From Squalus acanthias (taxonomy: Eukaryota): a DNA stretch of 64,000 nt. The stretch spans positions 62,001 to 126,000 of the forward strand of contig JASTWF010000336.1 of the NCBI GenBank assembly GCA_030390025.1, read 5' to 3'. The position numbers and the translations under genes were made by a program. The first letter of the stretch is position 1; the number at the start of each line of letters is the position of its first letter. Below are positions 11,374-22,511 of the stretch, piece after piece. The notes beneath the pieces were generated by a model. It saw only the letters and a list, made by a program, of their open reading frames with translations, was not told the origin of the DNA and made no database searches.

Positions 11374-13092
11374 TGTAGAATTCGCAATATATCGCGATTT
11401 TGTTAATAAGGAGAAAACACAGAGTTTCGTTCAAACAGCTTTTATTTCAGCAGAATGCTGGCAGGTTTAAAGTGGACACAAGCAGCCTGTAAAATGGCCG
11501 CCGCACCTCGTGACAGAACATTCTAGACTTTTCAACAGGCAGACAAGATGGCGTTCCAATAAACATTTGTGCAAGATCGATTAAGATTCAGCACAGTGAA
11601 GATAATACACGAGACATTATGGGTTTGCAGTATAAACATAGATACTGAAATCGGTCTCCCAGGTACAAAGGAAAGCCATTGTACCGAGTAATCAAGGGCC
11701 CATCCAAAAGACATTAATATGTAAAATCCCAACGACTCTACGATGAGAGAGCCGTTAGCAGGTAGTTATACAGGACACTTGGAAGCCCCAAACCCCTCCA
11801 GGGAGAACACCGACCGATTTAACAATGGGAGAAATATTAACAGGTACTCAGACATTTACGAGTAGCCCCGAAACCCATTAAGAACGGAGATCACCCATAC
11901 AAGACATTTGGGCGCCAAACCCTAAACAAAAGAATGGACATTATAGTTGGGCGGGAAAACGGAAGATTTTGCACTATAATTGCAGGCTCCAAACCGTCCA
12001 TTCGCTCTCTTGCTCTTGCTCGCTGGCTCCTGTGCTTTTATCCGGTCGATTCGTAACCTCGTGGCTGCTCCTGTGTACTCGTAGTGGGGCTCGCTCCTGC
12101 TTGCCTGTTGCCTCTTCTGAAAAGACTGTTGCATTTTCTGATCTGTTCGGATCTACCTCGTGTCGCGTAACGAAGACCTATGTTGGTAACTGGCAGCGGA
12201 ACCGAAGGCCCGAGATGAGATGAGATGAGATGAGATGAGATGAGAAGAGAGGAAGACCATATCCATCGCCACGGTCAGTAAATCCCGACCGCGCCTGTAG
12301 GTCGATTAGCCAAGTTTTCCTCGCCAGGAAGACTTCTCTTGAACTTGCAACGAAACATATTGCATCGATGATAATTGGACTGTGCCCAAAGTAACTGGAA
12401 CGTGAAAACATATCGTAGCGACGATATCGATAACTGTGCTCCAAGAGTACCTGTTAAGCCAACCAACACAGGTCTTCATCACAGCAGACGGTCCAGCCTG
12501 CTAGCCGGAGCAGCAGAAGCAAGTAAACAAGTGGGACCAGGAGATCTCCTGACCGACACGTGGGTGCTGCGGTGAAAACATCCGATCAGCTATTCGGAAT
12601 TTCTCCGAGTTATCACGAGTGGTGAGCATGAGTCTCGAGATCCTACGAATCTAGTTTAGGATAGATATTGATAGGGGAGGGTTTAAGGATTAAGGATATT
12701 TGTAATGTGTGCCCCTATTTACTTTGTGCCGTTCGTTCCTCGTTTCCCTAAGATCGACTATATAACTGTTTGTAAGATTGTACTGTCATTAATCTGTGCT
12801 TATGACATGTATTTCATAATTTTAAGTATCATGCAATAAAGATTTTTCTATTTCGTACCATTCAAACCAAGTCTACATGAGTTTTATCTCCATTACTGCT
12901 CTCGCATCTAAGTCCAGTGTCTAGAACCGTAAGGGAGAGTGATTCGAACCACTCACAGGTGTGTCTAGTGTTCCCAGACTGGCTGGAGACCAGAACAGGC
13001 AACAAGGCCTAGACCCGCACTGACATACAGGCTGCACAGAGCCGCGTGAATCTCACAGGCTGCGAGACACGCAGGGTCAGGAATCCCTTACA
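11374..13092 (+). repeat. 5' LTR, 1719 bp
   Basis: Repeated at offset 11138; TATA-like TATAAT ~11975, (GAGAT)n 12212-12244, AATAAA ~12835. Confidence 0.95.
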
Positions 13093-13096
13093 GAAA

Positions 13097-14908
13097 ATGG
13101 CGACCGCGGCCGGACACTGGCAGCGAGAGGGTAGTGTGTTAGATTTTGGAATGACTGTGCGAAATGTTATGCAGGAAAAGATAGCGGATTATGTGTTTGG
13201 AAAGGTTAATCTAACTAAGAAATGGATAAGTGAATTGTTAGCGGATAAGAGCCCATTAGAGGCAGCTGAAAGGTGGACAGATAGTAAAGAACATAGAAAG
13301 ACACTTGAGAAAGCAGTCTGGCTTATGTGTTACAAAAGGCAGGTTCAGATTTCAAACCAGACCATTACAGCGCTAGTAGCTCGAATCAGTCATTTAGAGG
13401 GAGAAATGGAGGAGAAGGTTTCTGGAGGGGAGGTGCTCATTAAGAATTTAAATGAGTTACACCAAGAAAGCCAGGAAGTCTCCAGTCACCTTAAAACAAG
13501 GATAGATTATCTCGAGTGCCAGGTCACTGAGGCAAAATTGAATGAGAGCAGGTTAAAGGAAAGATGTAACCGCCAAGCTGCCCAGATAAGAACTCAAGAA
13601 GAAAGCTTGATGGGGGTTAGGGCGGCATATAAGTTGGCCCTTGAGGATAAGTTTCAGGGAGCCGATCATAGCGCCTGCCAAAGGGAGATAGAGCACCTCA
13701 AAAAGGCCGTGAACAATGCGAACGGCATGGTGTGCCTTATCAATCCGTCGGCGCATCAGCCGCTAGTAAATGAGAGATTTAGAAAATCCCCACCAAGTAA
13801 AGCAGAAGAGGTAGTGGCCACTGCGCCCTCCGCGCCACCCAGCTATTCAGAAACCTGGGTTAGGGAGGAAGCAATGGAAGAAACAAAAGAGCCCATTGAA
13901 AAAGAAGTAGGAAAGGGATCGTTATATCCAGTGACGGGTATTAAAAGGGGCCCAAGCAGAAACGGTGGGGAAGAACCGGGGGATCTCCTCGGACAGCTGG
14001 TGTTGCCTCACAGTTCACATCAGCTGAGAGCTATGATAAATCACGTACGGAAGCTAACCGAGGTAGACGACCCTTCCGTACATTTCAGAGAAGTTGAGCA
14101 AGCCGCAGCCATTAACGGCTGCGATGATGGGGAGACAGCAAAAATGCTGCTGTTCTCATTAGACAGCTCGGTCCTTCAGTGTCTCTCAGGCGAGAGCAAG
14201 AGGGGAACCAAGAGTTATGAGGAATTAAAGAATGAGGTCCTGGAAGTGTTGGGGGCGAACGACGAAGGTCCGTTTGCTAGAGTGGGACAGACAGTGCAGA
14301 TGGAGGGAGAACCCCCGAAGGTTTTTGCCGACAGGCTGTGGCCAGTATATGAGCGCAGCTGTCTAGGTGCGCCCGAGCGCGAAGATGTGGAAGGTTTAGC
14401 TTTAACTCATTGGCTTAGGTGCATAATAGCCAACAGTTTACCAGCCGTTAGAGAGCAGGCAAAAGCATGGTTTGATCCCAATGACCCCAACATTACGGAA
14501 GAGTCGGTCTTGAATCGACTCACGTTAGGTTATCGCAATATAAGGGGTATGGCAACACGTCCCCTTAAGGGAAGAGTACATGAGGTACGACCCGCAGCCC
14601 CGTATCAAAGAGAGTGGCATCAGGAGGGTAATCGCGCCCCACAGGCAAGTAATGCTTGTTACGGGTGTGGGAAGACAGGGCACTGGCGCAAGCATTGCAG
14701 GAACCCTTGGAAGGATTCCAGGGATAAAAATCCCGCGGTCCGAGCCCAGGCGCCTGTCCCGGCTAAGGAAGCCAAGGCACCCACCCCTCCCAACGACCTC
14801 GAAGCAGTGTTAGGAGCCATGCGCAAGCTGGTCTTGAATGCGCGTGGACAGGTGGCGGTCGCAACCGGCCCCGTAGGTGCCGCAGGACCGTCTAATAGTA
14901 CCCCATGA
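13097..14908 (+). CDS. gag: Gag: coiled coil, late domains, capsid-like region, CCHC knuckle
   Basis: CYGCGKTGHWRKHC; PSAPPSY; first ORF after LTR; start codon uncertain. Confidence 0.85.
   Translation: MATAAGHWQREGSVLDFGMTVRNVMQEKIADYVFGKVNLTKKWISELLADKSPLEAAERWTDSKEHRKTLEKAVWLMCYKRQVQISNQTITALVARISHLEGEMEEKVSGGEVLIKNLNELHQESQEVSSHLKTRIDYLECQVTEAKLNESRLKERCNRQAAQIRTQEESLMGVRAAYKLALEDKFQGADHSACQREIEHLKKAVNNANGMVCLINPSAHQPLVNERFRKSPPSKAEEVVATAPSAPPSYSETWVREEAMEETKEPIEKEVGKGSLYPVTGIKRGPSRNGGEEPGDLLGQLVLPHSSHQLRAMINHVRKLTEVDDPSVHFREVEQAAAINGCDDGETAKMLLFSLDSSVLQCLSGESKRGTKSYEELKNEVLEVLGANDEGPFARVGQTVQMEGEPPKVFADRLWPVYERSCLGAPEREDVEGLALTHWLRCIIANSLPAVREQAKAWFDPNDPNITEESVLNRLTLGYRNIRGMATRPLKGRVHEVRPAAPYQREWHQEGNRAPQASNACYGCGKTGHWRKHCRNPWKDSRDKNPAVRAQAPVPAKEAKAPTPPNDLEAVLGAMRKLVLNARGQVAVATGPVGAAGPSNSTP
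13098..13115 (+). promoter_or_regulatory. Primer-binding site, tRNA-Arg type
   Basis: TGGCGACCGCGGCCGGAC 5 nt after the LTR; 17/18 complementary to my recalled vertebrate tRNA-Arg 3' end GTCCTGCCGCGGTCGCCA. Confidence 0.8.
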
Positions 14909-17900
14909 CTAGAACCAGCACAGCCCGTCTACCTGTGTCCGCTTAGCTATGATGCGTGGAGGCGACCTGTGGTGGAGATGGAGGTAGAGAAACAGAAGGG
15001 TAGTTATTTGTTGGACACGGGAGCTTCTTGCACCATAATCCATACAGATAACCCTTTTGACTCGCCGCTATCTACCAAGGTCCCATTCACGTTAGCAGGG
15101 TTCACAGGAAAAGAACAGGCTGGCACGTTTTCCCTTCCGCTATCCATTCGTTTAGGAACACTTCGCCTTAAGTGGAAGTGTATACTGATGGCATGGCAAA
15201 AGGGGGGGTGGAAGAGGTATTCTCGGGTCCGATCTCCTAGCGGGACACGGGATCCTTGTGGACCTCAGAAATCACTGTCTCTGGGGGGCTAAAGGTGAAA
15301 AAGGCGAGGTAATAGTGATTCCGGGGGAGGAAGAAACAGGGGTCCTGTGTACCGTACAGCCATCCGGAGGCTACGACCTCAGGCTTATGGTCGCAGATGT
15401 CCCAACGGACATGCAAACGTACGTGTCAGATAATATGCACGCGTTTGCAACCCACAAGCACGATTGTGGGAGAGTGGTCGGGTTTGAGGTCAGCGTAGAT
15501 GGGGACCCCATGACCCGACCCCAGAAGCAGTATAACTTCCCCAAAGAAGCCGAACCCGATATGGAGACAGCAATGTCTTCCTTGGTGCAGCAGGGCGTGT
15601 TGAGGCCGATAGCCACACACGTGAACTCCCCATTATGGCCGGTTAGGAAGCCGGATAATTCGTGGAGAGCCACGGTGGACTACAGAGTCCTTAACAGTAA
15701 CATTCCCGCCTGCGCGCCCACAGTAGCAGCAGTTGCTGACCTAATAGGGAGCATCCCAGCGTCCGCGACCACGTTCACGGTGCTGGATATCTCGAACGGT
15801 TTTTGGTCCATCCCGCTGCGGCGAGAGGACCAGTACAAGTTTGCTTTTACTTTCAAAGGGCAACAGTACACATGGAACTGTCTGCCACAGGGTTTCCACA
15901 ATAGCCCCAGTATTTTTCATCAGTGTATGGCAGGAAGTTTAAAGGAGTTTAGTCAGCCCAATCAGATAGTACAGTATGTGGATGATTTGCTCCTATTTAC
16001 GGACTCAAGGGAGGAGCACGGACCACTACTGGACGAGTTATTGGAGCTGCTAGCGAGAAAGGGTTTTAAAATAAACCCTAAGAAAGCACGTATCGGTCAG
16101 CGGGAAGTAAAATTCCTGGGACTGACCATACGCGCTGGGGAAAGAGCCATAGACAAAGCAAGGAGGGAGTCGGTGCAAGAATTACCGATTCCCAACAACG
16201 TAAGGGGTGTGAGGTCCTTCTTGGGACTGACCGGTTACTGCAGGGATTTTATCGAAGATTATGCGGCCACAGCAGCGCCGCTCCTCCGACTCCTCCATAA
16301 GGGGGTGGAGTGGTTTTGGGACGAGGGCTGCCAAGCAGCCTTCGAGAAGTTAAAGAGGGATCTGCAGACCGCGCCAGCCTTAGGGGCCATAGATGGGGGG
16401 AAGGAGTTTTTCCTGGAGGTAGCTGCCAGCGGAGACAGCTTAAGCGCCGTGCTGCTCCAAGAGCGTCACGGCAAGCTGAGGCCGGCTGTCTATTCATCCA
16501 GGGTATTAACGGATGTGGAGAGAAGTTTCTCCAATTGCGAAAGGCACCTTTTAGCCACGCATTGGGCTGTGAAAAGATCAGCGATCTTCACCGGGCTCTC
16601 TCCCATCACTCTCCTCACACATCACACACCAACTAAGATGCTTCTGGATGGGAGGATTAAAGACGGGACCGTAAGCAGCGCACGCATTGCGCGTTGGACC
16701 CTTCTTCTCTCCCAGTTGGATCTTAGAGTAAAAGGTCTTTGCGAGCCCAGGCTTGCGGCCAATTTGGTATACCCCGGTACAGCCCACCGGTGTTCGGTGG
16801 AAGGGGTGTGGGACGTCAACATAGGTTTACGGGCCGGGATACATCCCACTGGGCGCGAGATTTATGTTGATGGGTCTAGCACAGTGTCTGCTGGCGAGCG
16901 ACTCACAGGGTGTGGAGTTTATGACCCTGCGGCAGACCTTGCCCTGGCGATCAAGCTCCCTAGCACCATGAGCGCGCAGCAAGCTGAGCTGTCTGCCGTG
17001 GTGTACGTTGTGACCCACCCAGACATTTTCCCAACCCCATACACGATTTGCTCGGACAGCATGTTCACCTGCAATTCGTGTACGGAATACCTGGCCATTT
17101 GGTCCCGCCGCGGATACACCTCCGCGGACGGGCGACCTTTAACGGTGAAGCCCTTGCTGGAAAGGATCTTAGCTGCAGCAGTAGGGGAGGAAGGAGAGAT
17201 TTTCATCCATAAGGTGAAAGCTCACTCCTCCACAGAGCCCCGTGGGGAGGGCAACCGGCAGGCGGATGCGTTAGCCAGGGAGGGTGCCCGCGACGGCACT
17301 TTCTGGAACCCCTATAGGACCGGACCCATAGCAGCGGTCCGAGGCGGGGACGGGAATCCCGGGAACCCCAGGGTAGCATTGCCCCTAGACCTCAAGACCG
17401 TCCAAACCCAGGATCCCGCCCTAAAAGCAGTCCTAAAAACGATTGCTGAAGGGAGGCAGGTAGAAGGTCCGTACAGTACGGCAACCCTCTCAGTTAAGGA
17501 AGGCATGCTGTTCCGCGAGGAGCAGTGGGTTGTGCCGCAGCAGCACAGGAGGGAATTCCTCCAGTTGGCTCACGAGGGACCAGGGGCAGGGCACCCCGGG
17601 CCCGAGGTTACCTGGCAACGGGTAGAGCAAGCGGGATGGTGGCCAGGGCTCAGGGAACAAGTCCGCGAGTTCTGCGCAAACTGTCTTGTGTGCGCTGCAA
17701 ACAACCCAGACCCCCAGAAAAGGAAGGTGCCCATGGGACACGTAAGAAGGGTAGAGGGACCATGGCAGTCGATACAGATCGACTATATAGGACCCCTGCC
17801 CACCACCCAGGGAGGTTATAAGTACTGCCTCGTCTTGGTGGATGTGTTTTCCAAGTGGGTGGAAGCCTTCCCTTGTCGAACAGCTACGGCACTGGGTACA

Positions 17901-19394
17901 GCAAAAATCTTGGTCCGGGAAGTGTTCTCGCGGTGGGGACTTCCCCGTTTTGTGGAGTCAGACCAAGGGAGTCATTTCACCGGCCAGGTGATGCAGAACA
18001 CCCTCATGCTTTTGGGCATTGAAGGGAAGTGGCACGTAGCACACAATCCCCAGTCATCCGGGATTGTTGAACGTATGAACCGGACCCTGAAGGAGAAATT
18101 GAGGAAAGAGACTAGGAACTCGCCCCAAAAATGGGCGGAAGTTCTGCCTTTAGTCCTCATGGGGGTCCGGGCCAGCCAGTCAAAAAGTACGGGGTACTCC
18201 CCGCACGAGGTAATGACTGGGAGGCTCATGCGAACCCCCACCCATGTGCTAGCACCGGTGCTCACTGAGGGTCAGCTCCAAGAGATAAGCAGGGACAAGT
18301 TCGCCCAGACTCTCTTGGAGCGCCTGAAGCAAGTTTATGAGCAGGCGGCTGGGAACATGGGAAGGCAGCATCAGGGCAATCGCTTGTTGCTGGAACCCCG
18401 CAAAACGCGGGAGTGGGAAGTAGGAGACCAGGTCATGGTCAGAAACTACGCCAGAGTAGGGAGTCTGGAACCACTGTATATGGGACCCTACAACATTGTA
18501 GACAAGGCGAGTCCCATGGTTTACGCCGTAAAAGTACCTCGGCGCACTAAGTGGTTCCACATAAACCAATGCAAACTGTACCAGCCAGGTGCGCAGGGGA
18601 AAACTACAGGGGTAAATCCCGCCAATGGGAAAGCACAGCCCCAGGTAGGACCACAAGGCACACAGGCAGGCATAGCAGCTTGCATCAGGGGAAGGGACAT
18701 CCCGGACGATCATGCAGCGTTTTTCTGGAATTGGGGGTTAGATGAGGAAGAATTCAGGGTACCCTGGTCAGATGAGGATAGTGCAGATGAGCATAGTGAT
18801 GATGACGGGTGGTTCCTGAGGAACGGTCTGGAGGGAATGGGGGCTGTAGGTAGAGATCCACACAGGGTGGACACACAAGCTGCAGGTCCCGAGGACAGGA
18901 GGGAGGAGCTAGAGGAGGCAGGGCCAGCCGCTATAGGAGCACAGAGAGTACCGGTGTGGCTCCCAGAGATGTGGCCGCCCGCTTTGAACGTCCAGTCCTC
19001 AGGGGAGGCAGAGATCACGAGTGAAGGCCCGCCTGCTGGGCTGAGCAGGGCGGAGCCACGAACTGCCAGCCCCGAGGTTAGGGAGGCGGAGTCAGCGGAG
19101 GCGGAGCCGGCGACTGTGATGGAACCCCAGGTCATCCCGATGGAAGTCTCGGAACCCGGTCCGTCCGTCACGGAACCCCCGCCCATAGCAACTCCCCGTA
19201 GGTCAAGTAGAGAACCCCAGCCCAGGAGGATGTGGTCATGTCCCCAGACTGCCCCAAGGCGTAAAATTCAGGTTAAGATAACCCGGGTACAGACCGGCCA
19301 CATCGCAGCAGTAACAGGCTGCGGCAGATCAGAGGGAAGGGTCAGTGCCCTCCCACCGTCGGGAAGAGCTCGCAGCAGCCTTCTCAGAATTTAA
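14909..19394 (+). CDS. pol: Pol: protease, RT, tether, RNase H, integrase, C-terminal extension; one frameshift at ~15202-15208
   Basis: LLDTGAS; ILGSDLL in the next frame; LPQG/YVDD; YVDGS..AELSA..SDS..GN..AD; HHCC, DDE, GPY. Confidence 0.9.
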
Positions 19395-19708
19395 AGGGGC
19401 CGCCCTGAGAACGGGCGGCACTGTATAGTAAGAAGTTGTAAGTTTTAAGTTTATAGTTCAAGGTTAAGTTTTGAGTTAATAGTTCAAGGTTAAGTTTATA
19501 GTTTTTTGATAAGGTTAAGATTGTAGTGTTTTTAACAGAAAACGATAAAATGATGGGAGCTTTAAAGATAGGTTTAGTTAAAGTTTATTCAGCGAACGTT
19601 GAAGTTTACGTGAGGTGAGGTCAGGGGACCCGCTCACCCTTCACAAAAGCCAGAGACTCTTGCGAGGCTGGCTACCTCATTCTATCTGATCACAGGAACC
19701 AAGGAAGG

Positions 19709-22060
19709 ATGGAACGAATTCTAGTATTGCTCGTGGCAATCGGATGTGGATTGGCCTATCGAGGCCGCACCAAGGATGTCGTGGTGTTTGGATGTTCCGG
19801 GGACACGGCCCCCATCGCGGTGGATGGGACCGGAAGACGGGAGGCAGAGGAGACCAGCACCTATTTCCACAAGGGAAGGTGGCCAGGATGGCTGGGAACG
19901 AACTCAACGGAGTATTCCAGCACGTCGGGGTTTGCCTACCAAGAGACTTCTTTACTGTGCCCCAAAGTAAGGATCATCGCACCCAGGATCAGCGTCACCA
20001 TCGGCAAACGGATTTGTTTGACTTGTAGTGGGAAGGTCCCATTGAGCCGATGGTGGTGGCTGCGAAAGCTGAGCAAAACTATGAGGAACTCTTCGGTCGA
20101 GTGGGAACGACTGGGTAATAATACCCATCGGACAATTACGGGGACAGACGGACAAGTGAAAGTCTGTTGGGACAAATGGTGGGAACCGGATGAGGGAATT
20201 TATGTATGTATGTGGGGGTCAAAGTACGTTTGCCCCAAAGGCATCTCCATATTTTTTATTAATCAATGGCAGGATAACGGACAGGGGATGAGGTGGGATG
20301 CGAGCACCAGGGGGTGCGGAGCCCCATTCTCCCCGATCCCAGTAAATGCCACTGAGCTCATTACGCGCCCACGCAAAGCCCCGCCCACGATTCCGGTGGT
20401 TCTAGCTGAGGAAGAAGGGTGCCCTAAAACTAGTAAGGGACCCGGGAATGGTTTGGTACTGGTCCCCACAGACCAGATACTATTTCAGGGGGTACATTAC
20501 GCGGTGGCCTCGGTGATTTTAAATCTCACTGAGGTGCGGTTACCAGAGTGGTGCCCCAAAAAGACGGAACAGTTGTACCAGGTCCTGTTGACCAAGATGT
20601 TCAGGCAATTTTACGAATTCGATTTCGCGGAAATTGATAAAACAAGTTTGTACACCGCACCACAGGAAGTTTTGGATCAAGTAGGGAGGCAAAGAAGGGG
20701 TTTGGTGAACGATGCGTTCACTGCTTTTAACACAGGTACATCTGTGGTCAACGCTCTAGACAGTGTGGAGCTGCAGACCCAGATTAATGGTTTAAAGACA
20801 CAATTAAAAGACATTCTAACAGATGAGAATAAAGTGGTAGGGTCAGGTCTACACGAGGACCAAGCCATGACCCTCCATTTAAAGGAAATTATAGCAGAGT
20901 TGGAGAAACATGCAAAGACGGTAAATGCCCTGATTAGGGAAGATCGGAATGCATCCGATCAAGCTGCGCAGAACGAGGTGTGCGTGCTTTACGGGGCGTG
21001 GTTACTGGGCGAGGGCCGCAGTAATTTGGAGGATTTAAAACAAGGTTTGGTTCCGTCCTGGATAAGTAACAAACACCTGCGGGCGCTCCACCCTTTTCAG
21101 AACGCATTGAGCCCGTGCCAGCTCAGGCTAGCTTCAGAAGCATACCCAGTCCCCGTGGACTGTGGACGATCAAACCATACCATTATGGGTATAGTTTTAC
21201 GCATGCCGGTTTTGGGCGACACAGCAAAGCCCGCCCCGGTATATCGGGTAGAGAACATTGGTGTCATTCAGGGGGGAGCCCACATTCGTTATGCAGCGGT
21301 TCCACCTTACGTCATCCGCTGGGAGCAAACGATGACAGGTACAGATCTCTCTGGTTGTCGTGGCAGGGGAGCACACATAATACTGTGCCCCCAGCACTTG
21401 AATGCCTTTTTAACACCACAGTGCGGGTTCAGAACGACTGGCGCCAAGTCCATGAATTGCACCATGGAGGCAATGGCACAAGATCATGTGCCTCCGCAGG
21501 TAGCATACATCGGGGGTGGAACATATTGTGTTACCACTGCAGCGCAACACTACCAGCATGGAAACCGTAGCCGGTGTCCGGTGAGTGACAGCAGTTTCTG
21601 TTTTAAACCCAGGGCGGAAGTTCAAGTAGCACAACAGCGAATTATCCCAATCCCTGAACCATCCACTGTTCATCTCACAGTAAAAGAGAATTTCACCGAC
21701 TTGCAGCGATTCGTCGCGCATTTTGGATACCTCATTCCCCCTCTCCCTGAACACCTCACCAAGCTTTTAAAAGCCGTCGCGGTGTCACAGAAACACTTTT
21801 ACACATTAGAGCAGAAAACTGTCGAAATAGGAACAGACATTCTGGATATAGTAGTTCCACCGTGGTGGAATCTGTTCACTAATATTGAAGTACCTTCATG
21901 GATCAGAATAGCCTCCCACATTTTAGTCGTATGCCAAGTGTTTATTGTAGTGTACCTGCTGGTCGTACATTGTAAAAGAGACAAACGCCTCACCAAGCAT
22001 GAAAACACGGGAGAGTGGCGAGAACGTTACGTGCGCGTGCACGATGAAAGCACCGTGTAA
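19709..22060 (+). CDS. env: Envelope glycoprotein, class I fusion protein
   Basis: Signal peptide, RQRR furin site, fusion peptide and heptad region, Cys-rich ectodomain, sequons, C-terminal TM helix. Confidence 0.88.
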   Translation: MERILVLLVAIGCGLAYRGRTKDVVVFGCSGDTAPIAVDGTGRREAEETSTYFHKGRWPGWLGTNSTEYSSTSGFAYQETSLLCPKVRIIAPRISVTIGKRICLTCSGKVPLSRWWWLRKLSKTMRNSSVEWERLGNNTHRTITGTDGQVKVCWDKWWEPDEGIYVCMWGSKYVCPKGISIFFINQWQDNGQGMRWDASTRGCGAPFSPIPVNATELITRPRKAPPTIPVVLAEEEGCPKTSKGPGNGLVLVPTDQILFQGVHYAVASVILNLTEVRLPEWCPKKTEQLYQVLLTKMFRQFYEFDFAEIDKTSLYTAPQEVLDQVGRQRRGLVNDAFTAFNTGTSVVNALDSVELQTQINGLKTQLKDILTDENKVVGSGLHEDQAMTLHLKEIIAELEKHAKTVNALIREDRNASDQAAQNEVCVLYGAWLLGEGRSNLEDLKQGLVPSWISNKHLRALHPFQNALSPCQLRLASEAYPVPVDCGRSNHTIMGIVLRMPVLGDTAKPAPVYRVENIGVIQGGAHIRYAAVPPYVIRWEQTMTGTDLSGCRGRGAHIILCPQHLNAFLTPQCGFRTTGAKSMNCTMEAMAQDHVPPQVAYIGGGTYCVTTAAQHYQHGNRSRCPVSDSSFCFKPRAEVQVAQQRIIPIPEPSTVHLTVKENFTDLQRFVAHFGYLIPPLPEHLTKLLKAVAVSQKHFYTLEQKTVEIGTDILDIVVPPWWNLFTNIEVPSWIRIASHILVVCQVFIVVYLLVVHCKRDKRLTKHENTGEWRERYVRVHDESTV

Positions 22061-22500
22061 TCGGAAAATGGCGTCACTCCCGCTCGCCACGTGCGCCGCG
22101 GAAGCCTGTACTCATATAAGATTTTCAGAGATTGTAAATACGTTGGGAACTCGACATGTTTTAAGAGTTGGTGTTGATTTATTTTGGTGATGGTGTTACA
22201 GTTAAAAATGATTGTTTGGTTTTGGGTTCTGTTTCTCCTTTCCCTGAATAAAAGATGAATATACAGGTGATACGAGAGGCATCGGCCTGGTTACGCCGGG
22301 AAGGAAAACAAGTGGTGTAAGTTTAAGGGCAAATAATGCCTACGGTGATATAAAATGTAATCTTCTGGGGAAATGAGGACGACACAGAGACCCTAGCTAA
22401 GTTAAAATTATGGGATTAATTTACTGGATTCGGAGAGAAATCGAGATAATATTGCTCACCACTATGATTTTTGATACGATAAGCGGAGTTATTCGCATCA

Positions 22501-22511
22501 ACAGGAGGGAC
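22501..22511 (+). promoter_or_regulatory. Polypurine tract
   Basis: ACAGGAGGGAC directly before the 3' LTR. Confidence 0.65.

Noticed and set aside
11532..12575. Small ORFs in the LTR (repeated at 22670-23713) as accessory genes
   Set aside because: Short, mostly non-ATG starts, no motifs; duplicated only because LTRs are
15198..15208. Programmed -1 frameshift at AAAAGGGGGGG
   Set aside because: The required shift is +1/-2, it falls inside the protease fold, and the heptamer is non-canonical
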